Part shown: in pieces, positions 1 to 8,692 of the stretch
Numbering within the stretch: the stretch's first letter is position 1
Layout of the letters: the number at the start of each line of letters is the position of its first letter
Source: an uncultured Staphylococcaceae bacterium
Lineage (GTDB): Bacteria; Bacillota_I; Bacilli_A; RFN20; CAG-826
Reading direction: 5' to 3'
Length of the DNA stretch: 37,578 nt
Assembly: GCA_964368105.1 (NCBI GenBank)
Contig: CAYJAE010000001.1
Coordinates: 1-37,578, forward strand
Translations under genes and position numbers: made by a program
Notes under the pieces: generated by a model
What the model saw: the letters and a program-made list of their open reading frames with translations, nothing else
Told to the model about the DNA's origin: nothing
The model's database searches: none

Positions 1-20
1 TTATAAAGTAGGAGGTTCCT

Positions 21-635
21 ATTTTATCTTTAAAAAACATAAATAAATCTTTCGGTGAAATTATAGTTTTAAAAGATGTTAATTACATTTTTAAGACTGG
101 TTTTCTCTATCTTTTAAGTGGACCGTCCGGCAGTGGTAAATCGACTTTACTCCATATTATTGCAGGTGTTATTCCTGTGACTGAGGGCGAGATAATTTAT
201 AAGAAGAAAAAACTAAAAAGTAATGCGGTTAGTTTGATCTTGCAGCAACCGACCTTTTACGGAGCAATTTCGCTTTACGAAAATATTCGGATTGTCCAGT
301 TTTATAACAAGACGAAACGGAAGAAAGAAGTAGTTCGTATAGCAAAACTATTGCAAATTAATAAGATTTTGCACCGTAAAGCCTCGCTTTGTAGTGGCGG
401 AGAGAAAGCACGTGCGAGTATTCTTCGTGGTCTTTATATGAATAAACCCGTTACCCTCGTGGACGAACCAACGGCGCATCTTGATTACGAAAATAGTCTT
501 TTAGTCGCAGATGTTTTAAGTAAATTAGCGAAAACACAACTCCTGATTGTTGCAACGCACCAAGCGTATTTATTTACTGCGAGAAATGTCGTTAAAATAA
601 AAATGGAGCAAGGAAAGATCGTGGAAGATGTTTAG
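21..635 (+). CDS. ABC transporter ATP-binding protein (~204 aa) with probable non-canonical ATT start
   Basis: Walker A GPSGSGKST is encoded in frame at 120-146, upstream of the first canonical start (GTG 177) used by the ORF track. The frame is closed by TAG 9-11, and there is no in-frame ATG/GTG/TTG between 12 and 176. AGGAGG at 10-15 lies 5 nt before ATT 21. Also present: signature CSGGEKARA, Walker B LVDEPTAHLD and H-loop ATHQ. Confidence 0.75.
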   Translation: MLSLKNINKSFGEIIVLKDVNYIFKTGFLYLLSGPSGSGKSTLLHIIAGVIPVTEGEIIYKKKKLKSNAVSLILQQPTFYGAISLYENIRIVQFYNKTKRKKEVVRIAKLLQINKILHRKASLCSGGEKARASILRGLYMNKPVTLVDEPTAHLDYENSLLVADVLSKLAKTQLLIVATHQAYLFTARNVVKIKMEQGKIVEDV

Positions 636-1878
636 GAAGTTTAAAATCTTAAACATTTTTTACAAACGTAATTTATCAAAAAATATTTTGTTAGTGTTCT
701 TTTTAAACATTACTAACTTGTTTTTAGTGCTCTTTGTCCTTGTCTTTACGGAAGGACCGATGATTGTTACGGTTTTTAGCGAAAGCTACTTTGAACATTT
801 AAGTGTTGATATCTCGCTTTATCAAAGTGTCGAAACCAATAACGATTTAATTAATGTTAAGTCTTACGCTCGACCTAGTTTAAGTTATATCCAGACTTAT
901 ATGGCGCATACTGGACAATTTAGTATTCGACCCGATTATTCGTACTTTTGGCAAAATAGCGAAGTATCAATTTTCGGAGAAGTGCTTGATCTACCGCAGA
1001 TTATTACATACGCAGAACCTCGTCAAGGAATCGGGATTAACGAAGCTTATTTAAAAGTATTAGCGGATAACACTAATGTTAATAAAGACGACATTACATT
1101 AAAACTTGATATTAATTCTTCTTTTACCGTTAACGAAAAAGTGCTTGAGGTGAAGGTAAGTGAAGAACTTGATGTAAATTTTATCTATAGTGAACCAAAT
1201 TACTTTTCAACCCCCAAACTTTATCTCCCCCAAGGAGTGGTCGATAAAATATTAGGTTCAGTTATGATTAACCCCGGGTTAACCTTAAATAACTTCTTAC
1301 TTAACGTTAACGCGAGTAATGAACTCTTAAGTCAAAAACTAAGATGTCACTTTAAAGACCGGGACCAACTAGAAAAATTCACTAAAATAACCGAAGACAT
1401 TAAAGGAGAAAATCACGGATTAGAAATAAGTGGGGATCATATTGGAAAGGTTGAAAGCTTTAAAGCGTTATACGAATACTTAAATATATTAATCATTATG
1501 CTCCTTGTCTTTGTAGTTATTGCCAGTTTAGTGATTTACTTTGTTGTGGCCTATACTTCACTTATGTCAATTCTTCCCCAAGCTGCATTATTAAAATTAT
1601 TGGGTGCCAAAAAGGGTGAAATATACTTTATTTTTCTCTCAATTATCACTTTTAATTTTTTACTTGGTTTAGGTGGAGTAATGCTTATTCCCCGCATTTT
1701 GCCGCTAATTAGTGCATTAATTCACAAAATACTTGTCTTAAATTTAACCTTTGGTCTTAACTTTAATTTAATCTTAACAATAGTAAGTGGCAATTATATT
1801 TTGTTACTTTTAACGATAACTATTATTTTTCTTGTGAATATGCGGCGGCCATTGTTGTATTTATTATTAGATGCTTAA
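628..1878 (+). CDS. FtsX/MacB-type ABC permease with an extracytoplasmic domain of ~240 aa
   Basis: N-terminal TM helix (NILLVFFLNITNLFLVLFVLVF), a long soluble stretch, then three C-terminal TM helices, which is the FtsX-domain topology. The ATG overlaps the upstream stop by 8 nt. Confidence 0.65.
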   Translation: MFRKFKILNIFYKRNLSKNILLVFFLNITNLFLVLFVLVFTEGPMIVTVFSESYFEHLSVDISLYQSVETNNDLINVKSYARPSLSYIQTYMAHTGQFSIRPDYSYFWQNSEVSIFGEVLDLPQIITYAEPRQGIGINEAYLKVLADNTNVNKDDITLKLDINSSFTVNEKVLEVKVSEELDVNFIYSEPNYFSTPKLYLPQGVVDKILGSVMINPGLTLNNFLLNVNASNELLSQKLRCHFKDRDQLEKFTKITEDIKGENHGLEISGDHIGKVESFKALYEYLNILIIMLLVFVVIASLVIYFVVAYTSLMSILPQAALLKLLGAKKGEIYFIFLSIITFNFLLGLGGVMLIPRILPLISALIHKILVLNLTFGLNFNLILTIVSGNYILLLLTITIIFLVNMRRPLLYLLLDA

Positions 1879-4549
1879 CTTGGAAAATATCGAATGTGTT
1901 TTAGGCGGAGAGAAGATTCTTGATATCAAGAAACTAAATCTTTCGCGTCCTGGTCTTTATGTCTTTCTTGGCCCCTCCGGCTGCGGGAAGACTACCCTTT
2001 TAAACATCATTGCGGGATTAAACAAACAGTATACCGGCAGTGTTACTCTCTTTAACAAGGATTACAAAGCGATGAAAGAGGCTGAAATTTGTGAATTAAG
2101 ATCTTCGCACCTCAGTATTTACTTCCAACACTCAGTTTTTCTAGAAGAATTAACGCTTGAAGATAACATTTTATTAACTGCAATAAACACCAATCAAGAA
2201 CTTGTTAATTTTAATAGTGAAAAAGTGTCACTTTTAGCGCGAAAGTTAAATATTGAACATCGCTTAAGTCAAAAAGTAAAGAAGTTATCAGGCGGTGAGA
2301 AAACAAGAGCAGCGCTTGCCCGCACTCTTGCAAAAGAAGTGCCTCTTTATCTATTTGATGAACCAACCGCAGCGCTTGATTCCAAAAACGCCCACATTGC
2401 AATGAAGTTAATTGCGGAAAAAGCTAAAAGAAGTATCGTGATTTTAGTGAGTCATGACCAACAGTTAATTGAGGAATATGCTGATGTTATTCTCTTTTTA
2501 CAGTACGGAGAAATTGTTAAAGTAAAAGAAATAAATAATAAAAAAACAAAGGCAGTGAAGACCAAGGAATTTCAAGGAGATTATGGGGACAACAGTGATT
2601 ACATAGCAAAAGCGCTGTTAAAAGCGAAGAAAAGGCAAAATCTTTTCACAGGAACCAGTATTAATATAGGGATTGTTAGTCTTGGGCTTTCACTCCTTTT
2701 AGTTTCCGCAATTAATACAAAGATGACTTCAGCGTTTCAAGGTTCATTTACGGAAGACACTAGATTCGTCGAAGCGGATGCGATCCCTCCTCCAAGTGTT
2801 GTTAAAAGCGCAAAGCGCGAAGATATTGTTTCTTCCTTTCCAGGCACTTACAAAGTTGGCGCGGTTTACACAAATGATATGTTTACTCATTTTCCCTCAG
2901 TCAATAAGCTTTCTCTTACTTTTCAAAACTTTGATTTCCCACTTCCTTCCTTCCACGTTGGTCTTTTTAACGAACCACTTTTTATAAATGAAGTAAAAGA
3001 AGAAACATTCCCTTATATAAGTAGCTTAGAAATGGGTGAAATTGCGCTTGTCTTACCTTTTGATGATTATAAAGTGCTCCAAAATGTTTTGCGGCTTCCT
3101 TTTCGTAATTCACCAGTTGATTTAGGCGCATACTTGAAACAAAACGAGGTTGTACTGAAGTTAAATGTCGGGAATAATTTATGGGACTATTTTGTTGAAG
3201 AAAGCTTTGTCCTTAAGAGTGTCCTCTTAGGACTTGAACCTTATGTAATTATGGGGGAACCAAATGATGTTGTCCGCCTTTTTGAAGATAAGATGGGATT
3301 ACCTTCTTCGCTTAATTTAACAAAAGAAGAAGAATATCCGTGGACTTTAAAGCGGATTAATTACTTGTATTCTCTTAACGCCGAGCCGCTTCTTTGGCAA
3401 ACGTCAAAAAGTGAAAAATATGTTGTTACACTTGCAAATCGTCACTATTTTCGCCATATATTCAGCAAAAGCGCACTATTAAATAGGATTGTAATCTTTG
3501 AAGCTCCGCCGCGTTTTAATGAAGTTTTAAGTGTCAGTAATAGTTCATCCTTTTTCACGTTTGACGGCGGGTTAACTTTTATTCCACAAATGATGATGGT
3601 TGGTTACCTATATAATTTTTTTCTCTCTCCCAACCCCTCATTAGTGGATGACGTTATTAATCTTGATAAAAGTGAAAGAGAAAAAAGTCGGCCGAACTTT
3701 GAACTACCAGCGGGAATCATTAACTTAGCAATTCAATATAACGGACTTGGTAGTTTTCGCTTTGCAAAAGCTCAAAAAGAATACGCACTAAATGAAATCG
3801 GGATTTCAAGTGGCTTAGCGGAACAGCTTTTTAATAAAACGGACGTAGTGGGCCAAAGTCTTCATATAGGAGCGTTAACAGCAATTAGTGAAATAAATAA
3901 GGAGTATCAAAAAGAGTATCAAGAAACTAGCCTGGTTATAAAAGACGTAATTGATGAAGACCAAAGTATTCTCTATCACCAACCACTGTGGAGTTATTTA
4001 CTCTTTAAAGATGTTTTTGGCGTTGATGTTTTTTCGTTACGTCTTAACGGTGTAATTGTTGAAGAAGAAATAGCGGACACTAACCTGAAAGTCACTTATC
4101 CTTTTAAAGAATTTAAAACCTCCCTTGATCAGTCGCTCAGTGAATTACAAAATTACACTCTTGTGATTGCTGTTGCGGCTTTTGCTCTTAGCACTATTAT
4201 TATTTTTATGGTTATCTATCTTTTAGTTTCGGAGTTAAACGAAGAATTCAGCGGTCTACATTTAATTGGTTACGCGAAGAAGACGCTCCAAAAAATAATT
4301 AACAACTATATTAAAAGATTCCTTGGACTAAATATTTTACTTTCTTTAGGACAAATGTTTTTGTTTTCTTTTTTAATTGAATATATCTTAAGTGACACCT
4401 TCTTAACCCCGTTTAAATATCACTTTGAAGTTCTACCTTATTTTGTGGTCGTGGCTTTCTCGCTTAGTCTATTATTTGTTTTACTTACCTTTTTTAAAGG
4501 ACGGGTTAAGAAGAAAGATTTGCTCGTTTTCTCAAAGCGGGACTTATGA
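1871..4549 (+). CDS. Fused ABC ATPase plus FtsX-type permease (MacB-like architecture, 892 aa)
   Basis: N-terminal NBD with Walker A GPSGCGKTT, signature LSGGEKTRAALA and Walker B LYLFDEPTAALD. A TM helix sits near aa 265-285, followed by a ~470-aa non-hydrophobic region and three C-terminal TM helices. There is an 8-nt overlap with the upstream gene. Ends with TGA. Confidence 0.75.
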   Translation: MLNLENIECVLGGEKILDIKKLNLSRPGLYVFLGPSGCGKTTLLNIIAGLNKQYTGSVTLFNKDYKAMKEAEICELRSSHLSIYFQHSVFLEELTLEDNILLTAINTNQELVNFNSEKVSLLARKLNIEHRLSQKVKKLSGGEKTRAALARTLAKEVPLYLFDEPTAALDSKNAHIAMKLIAEKAKRSIVILVSHDQQLIEEYADVILFLQYGEIVKVKEINNKKTKAVKTKEFQGDYGDNSDYIAKALLKAKKRQNLFTGTSINIGIVSLGLSLLLVSAINTKMTSAFQGSFTEDTRFVEADAIPPPSVVKSAKREDIVSSFPGTYKVGAVYTNDMFTHFPSVNKLSLTFQNFDFPLPSFHVGLFNEPLFINEVKEETFPYISSLEMGEIALVLPFDDYKVLQNVLRLPFRNSPVDLGAYLKQNEVVLKLNVGNNLWDYFVEESFVLKSVLLGLEPYVIMGEPNDVVRLFEDKMGLPSSLNLTKEEEYPWTLKRINYLYSLNAEPLLWQTSKSEKYVVTLANRHYFRHIFSKSALLNRIVIFEAPPRFNEVLSVSNSSSFFTFDGGLTFIPQMMMVGYLYNFFLSPNPSLVDDVINLDKSEREKSRPNFELPAGIINLAIQYNGLGSFRFAKAQKEYALNEIGISSGLAEQLFNKTDVVGQSLHIGALTAISEINKEYQKEYQETSLVIKDVIDEDQSILYHQPLWSYLLFKDVFGVDVFSLRLNGVIVEEEIADTNLKVTYPFKEFKTSLDQSLSELQNYTLVIAVAAFALSTIIIFMVIYLLVSELNEEFSGLHLIGYAKKTLQKIINNYIKRFLGLNILLSLGQMFLFSFLIEYILSDTFLTPFKYHFEVLPYFVVVAFSLSLLFVLLTFFKGRVKKKDLLVFSKRDL

Positions 4550-4551
4550 GG

Positions 4552-5733
4552 CTAAAAGAGTGCTAAGTTTATTACGTATGTTGTGTGACCAAGAAGGATA
4601 AGTTTTATGATTAAGGCAACACCGACGATAATTCCAAAGGGAATAAGAATTCTTTTTGTTAAAGTGATTTTACGAGCATTAACAAACATCGCAACAAAAT
4701 AAGCCGTGAAAATAAAGGCGGCGAAGACAATTGATTCAACTTGTTCAAGTTCAATAAACGCTAAAATGGCGAGGAAAGCGACAATGATAATTCCGTAATA
4801 AGTAAGATGAGGTGCAGTTTCTTTAGTTCCGGCATATTCCGCCTTGTCGGTGACAATCCGGCGGATTGTTAAGTAAGAGAGACCTCCACCAAGCAGCGCA
4901 TAGATAATTAACATAATGGTGTTGTTTAACTCCCAAGCTTTGCCTGTGAGATAGGTATAATATTTTGCTTCCGCACAACCAAGCGCGGCTAAGTGGGCGA
5001 TTTTATCCATTACTTCCGCGGGTTGATTAATGAGTGATATAGTGAAATATTGTTGAACCTCATTTGCTAACCCTATCGGATTAAAGAGAAGTAAAAACTC
5101 CTCAAGCCTATAAGCAAAAGTGTTTGAGCCAAAAGTAAAGTTCATGCTAACGACCCCGCTCATAAAAATAGGTAAGAGGAGAATTAAGCCTAAAAGCATC
5201 GCGCCGTCGATGGTTGTATGGACAAAGGAGAGTGCAAAGTAAACGAGAATATACATAAATAAGGCGACGACAATAATGACTAAGAAGTAGAGAATTAACA
5301 TTCCAAAACGAAGCGGCAAACCTTTAATTGCGTATATTGTAAAGCCTAAAGTAAATGAAAATAGACTAATTGCAATTAAGGCAAGTACCCCAAAAATAAA
5401 ATTAGTGGTCGCCATTTTCCACTTTTTAATCGGCAGGGCTAAATCAGCATCTAATTGATTACGATTATAAAATGAATTATGTAAGAAAAAAGGAATAATG
5501 GTTGCAAAAATCATCGTCGCTACGGTATGAAGACCAAACGAATAGTCGTTAGCGAAGTAAGCAAGAACCTCAATCGGCGGAAGGGTCATTGAACAAGAAT
5601 AAATTTCAGTTTTTAGCAGATGAACTCTCGTGGTCAGCGCTGCAAGCGGGAGAAAGAAGAGCGAAATAATGCCCATCAGTAAAATCATCTTATAATTCTT
5701 TTTAAGTAAATATTTTAAATATGTTTTACTCAT
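4552..5733 (-). CDS. Polytopic membrane protein, putative permease partner of the adjacent ABC ATPase
   Basis: 393 aa with about ten hydrophobic segments and no soluble domain. The start overlaps the stop of the ATPase gene (5726-5733). No family-specific motif recognised. Confidence 0.5.
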   Translation of the reverse strand: MSKTYLKYLLKKNYKMILLMGIISLFFLPLAALTTRVHLLKTEIYSCSMTLPPIEVLAYFANDYSFGLHTVATMIFATIIPFFLHNSFYNRNQLDADLALPIKKWKMATTNFIFGVLALIAISLFSFTLGFTIYAIKGLPLRFGMLILYFLVIIVVALFMYILVYFALSFVHTTIDGAMLLGLILLLPIFMSGVVSMNFTFGSNTFAYRLEEFLLLFNPIGLANEVQQYFTISLINQPAEVMDKIAHLAALGCAEAKYYTYLTGKAWELNNTIMLIIYALLGGGLSYLTIRRIVTDKAEYAGTKETAPHLTYYGIIIVAFLAILAFIELEQVESIVFAAFIFTAYFVAMFVNARKITLTKRILIPFGIIVGVALIIKLILLGHTTYVINLALF

Positions 5734-6601
5734 GTTTAACGCCTCCTTCGCTAATAAATAATTGTTCGAAGGTTAAATTAAGTTTTTCACAAACAACAGG
5801 ATGCAGTTTATTAATATAAGCTTCAACTTCTTTTTGGCTTCCTTTTAAAACGAGGGTGTAGATTTTTTCTCTACCACTGAAGGAGAGAAGAAGGGAACTA
5901 CTAAATAAGCTTGTATCCACCGCGTCTTTAAAAGCGAGCATATAACTATGGTAATCTTCTTTAATTTTACTTAACTGCCCGTAACGGGTTGTTACGCCTT
6001 TTTTCAAAATTAAGTAACTGTCCGCAATATCTTCAACGTCACGCAGTGACTGAGTCGCAATAATGAGCGCAATCGGCTTTGCTTCACTAATTTTAATGAA
6101 TTCTTGTTTAAAAAGCATCTTACCCCGTGGATCAAGACCGTCAAAAGCTTCGTCTAAAAGAAGAAAAGAAGGGGCAATTGTTAAAGCAATACATAAATAA
6201 ACCCGGCGGCGCATCCCTTTAGAAAATTTTGAAAGTAATTTATTCTCATTTACTTTAAATTTAATTAAATATTCTTTGAATAAGACTTTATCAAACGGAT
6301 AGAAAGAAGAGTAATAGAGAACTAAGTCATCAATTGTGGTCATTGGTCCGCTGAAGGGTGAATCACTAATGTATAACATCTTTTGTTTAACGTTTGGATT
6401 ATCGTAAATTAATTCACTGTTGAAGGTGATGACCCCGGCGTCTTCTTTGTAAACTCCAGCAAGAAGGCGAAGAAGGGTTGATTTACCGCTGCCGTTTTCA
6501 CCAACAAGGGCAAGAATTTCATTTTCTTCCAAGGTAAAGGAAACATTATCAAGCGCCAGTTTTCCATCATATTTTTTTGAAACATTTCTTATATCAATCA
6601 T
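5726..6601 (-). CDS. ABC transporter ATP-binding protein
   Basis: Walker A GENGSGKST, signature FSKGMRRRV and Walker B LLLDEAFDGLD. I prefer ATG 6601 (MIDIRNVSKKY, ATGATTGA overlap with the regulator stop) over the track start at 6628, which lies inside the regulator gene. Confidence 0.8.
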   Translation of the reverse strand: MIDIRNVSKKYDGKLALDNVSFTLEENEILALVGENGSGKSTLLRLLAGVYKEDAGVITFNSELIYDNPNVKQKMLYISDSPFSGPMTTIDDLVLYYSSFYPFDKVLFKEYLIKFKVNENKLLSKFSKGMRRRVYLCIALTIAPSFLLLDEAFDGLDPRGKMLFKQEFIKISEAKPIALIIATQSLRDVEDIADSYLILKKGVTTRYGQLSKIKEDYHSYMLAFKDAVDTSLFSSSLLLSFSGREKIYTLVLKGSQKEVEAYINKLHPVVCEKLNLTFEQLFISEGGVKHE

Positions 6602-6953
6602 TATCGTTATCCCCATAATTCTTTTCAATCATCGCTTTTAGTGTTTCCACTGTGAGGCCATTATCTTTAGCAAGCGCCACTAACTCGTGGATTTTCTGAC
6701 TAACTATATCCTCAACGACACTCTCACGTGTTTTTACATAGTAGCCCCGTTTTGGTGAAGCAGTAATGTAGCCACGTTTTTCTAACTCTAAATAACTACG
6801 TAAAACAGTATTTGGATTAATTCCGAGTTCAATTGCAAGTTCGCGGACGGAGGGCATCTTTTCTTCCGCACTTAAAACACCAGCTTCAATAAGTAAAGAA
6901 AACTGGTTAATAATTTGCTCGTAAATTGGTGCGTTGTTACTTAGTGTGATCAT
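6594..6953 (-). CDS. GntR-family transcriptional regulator, YtrA-like short form
   Basis: Winged-helix segment MPSVRELAIELGINPNTVLRSYLELEKRGYI with only ~50 aa after it. It is the first gene of a regulator-ATPase-permease operon. Confidence 0.8.
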   Translation of the reverse strand: MITLSNNAPIYEQIINQFSLLIEAGVLSAEEKMPSVRELAIELGINPNTVLRSYLELEKRGYITASPKRGYYVKTRESVVEDIVSQKIHELVALAKDNGLTVETLKAMIEKNYGDNDND

Positions 6954-7103
6954 TTAATCTGTCCTAACTGTCTTAATTCTACCCTCAAAAACAAATAATA
7001 TCAACGATAACTATAAGTAGTTTATGAAATTATTGATAGGCTATTATTAATAAGCCAATAATGGAAGAATTTATATAATAAACGGAATTTTAGGCGCTTT
7101 CAC

Positions 7104-7131
7104 TTGTTATTAAATTTTTAATTGTTATAAT
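7104..7131 (+). promoter_or_regulatory. Candidate sigma-A promoter of the cold-shock gene
   Basis: TTGTTA (7104-7109), 16-nt spacer, extended -10 TGtTATAAT (7123-7131). This predicts a ~60-nt 5' UTR. Confidence 0.45.
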
Positions 7132-7196
7132 CATACTTGTGTTTACACAAATTAGACGGCAAGTCGATTAGACTAGAAGTCAGGGAAGGATTATTG

Positions 7197-7394
7197 ATGA
7201 AGGGCACTATTAAAATGTTCAACAAGGAAAAAGGTTTCGGCTTTATTCACAGCGAAGACGGCAGTGACGTCTTTTTCCATTACTCATCGCTTGAAATGGA
7301 AGGCTTTAAAACCATTTCCGCTGGGCAAGAAGTAGAATTTGAATTAGAACAATCAGATCGCGGCGCGAGAGCTTCGCACATTGTTAAAATTTAA
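7197..7394 (+). CDS. csp: Cold-shock domain protein (66 aa)
   Basis: MKGTIKMFNKEKGFGFI...DVFFHYS carries the RNP1/RNP2-like CSD motifs. GGAAGGA lies 6 nt upstream of ATG 7197. The track start at 7137 (TTG) adds 20 non-homologous residues. Confidence 0.9.
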   Translation: MKGTIKMFNKEKGFGFIHSEDGSDVFFHYSSLEMEGFKTISAGQEVEFELEQSDRGARASHIVKI

Positions 7395-7450
7395 CTCCAC
7401 GAGTAATTAACAAGAAAGAAAAGACCTATCCGTCGTGGAGGGTCTTTTTT
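7395..7450 (+). terminator. Candidate rho-independent terminator after csp
   Basis: Two alternative stems, CTCCACGA (7395-7402)/TCGTGGAG (7433-7440) or AAGACC (7421-7426)/GGTCTT (7441-7446), are followed by a T-run at 7445-7450. Confidence 0.5.
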
Positions 7451-7463
7451 CTTGCTTTTTTTA

Positions 7464-7492
7464 TTGCTTCTTAAGAAGAAGCGCGCTATAAT
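7464..7492 (+). promoter_or_regulatory. Candidate sigma-A promoter of ychF
   Basis: TTGCTT (7464-7469), 17-nt spacer, TATAAT (7487-7492). The spacer contains the 12-nt palindrome CTTCTTAAGAAG. Confidence 0.5.
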
Positions 7493-7516
7493 ACAACGAC
7501 GAAAAAAGGAGAACTT

Positions 7517-8632
7517 ATGGCACTTAGTGTTGGAATTGTTGGATTACCTAATGTCGGAAAGTCGACTTTATTTAATGCACTGACGGCAAGTAATGTTGAA
7601 GCCGCTAATTATCCGTTTGCGACGATTAATCCAAATAAAGGAATTGTCCGTGTTTTAGACGCACGTGTTACGGCCTTAAGTGAATATTATCATCCCGAAA
7701 GAACAATCTATGCGACCATTGAATTTAATGATATCGCGGGATTAGTTAGAGGCGCAAATAAGGGAGAAGGACTAGGCAACCAATTCTTAGCCCATATTCG
7801 TGAATGTGACGTTATTATTGAAGTTGTTCGCTGTTTTAGTGAGTCTGACATCATTCACGTTGAAGAAAGCGTTAATGCCGCGCGCGACATTGCAACGATT
7901 AATCTTGAACTAATTATGAAAGACTTAGACACTCTTTATAAGCGAATTGGGAAAGTGGAAACTAAAGCCCGCGTTAATAAAGAAAAAGAAGCTATTTTAG
8001 AAATGGCAATCATTAATAAATTAATTCCTTCTTTAGAAAACGAAATTCCCGCGCGCCTCGTTGATTCTTTAAGTGAACAAGAAATCAAATATATTAAAGA
8101 GAACTATGGGCTACTAACCATTAAACCCATTATTTACCTTGCTAATATTAGTGATTCTGAATATACGACATACGAAAAGAATAGTGATTACCAAGCTGTT
8201 GCGGCAATTGCTAAAGCAGAAAACGCTGAAGTCGTTGTTGTAAGTGCAGCGCTTGAAGCTGAACTATCAAGAATGGCCGCGGACGACCAAGAACAATATT
8301 TTAAAGAACTCGGCATTGCTAAGTCGGGCTTACATAAAATTAGTGACGTTGCTTATAAGACATTAGGACTCTCTTCCTTCTTTACAGTTGGTAAAGATGA
8401 AGTCCGGGCTTGGACCTTTGTTAAAGGGATGAAAGCACCCGAATGCGCAGGTGTAATTCACACTGACTTTGAAAAAGGTTTTATTCGCGCTGATGTCTAT
8501 CATTATGAAGATTTTGTGAAGTATCAAGACGAAACACTCATAAAAGAAGCAGGAAAACTCCGGAGTGAAGGTAAACAATACACGATGGAAGACGGTGATA
8601 TTGTCTTTTTCCGCTTTAATGTACGAAAATAA
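7517..8632 (+). CDS. ychF: Ribosome-binding ATPase YchF
   Basis: N-terminus MALSVGIVGLPNVGKSTLFNALT (G1 motif), NYPFATINPN and a C-terminal TGS-like end (EDGDIVFFRFNV). AGGAG lies upstream of the start. Confidence 0.92.
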   Translation: MALSVGIVGLPNVGKSTLFNALTASNVEAANYPFATINPNKGIVRVLDARVTALSEYYHPERTIYATIEFNDIAGLVRGANKGEGLGNQFLAHIRECDVIIEVVRCFSESDIIHVEESVNAARDIATINLELIMKDLDTLYKRIGKVETKARVNKEKEAILEMAIINKLIPSLENEIPARLVDSLSEQEIKYIKENYGLLTIKPIIYLANISDSEYTTYEKNSDYQAVAAIAKAENAEVVVVSAALEAELSRMAADDQEQYFKELGIAKSGLHKISDVAYKTLGLSSFFTVGKDEVRAWTFVKGMKAPECAGVIHTDFEKGFIRADVYHYEDFVKYQDETLIKEAGKLRSEGKQYTMEDGDIVFFRFNVRK

Positions 8633-8692
8633 AAGAAAAACGCTTTAATATATACTTTATATAAAGTATACTAATATGACCGAGGACAGGGA

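Noticed and set aside
7009-7022. The small inverted repeat AACTA-taag-TAGTT upstream of the GntR/YtrA-like gene, considered as its operator.
   Set aside because: The arms are only 5 bp. The repeat lies upstream of the candidate -35 (TTGATA-17 nt-TAGAAT on the minus strand) and is too short to separate from chance.
8633-8692. A T-box leader upstream of argS.
   Set aside because: The spacer is only 60 nt. A T-box riboswitch needs roughly 200 nt or more, and no specifier or T-box sequence is present.
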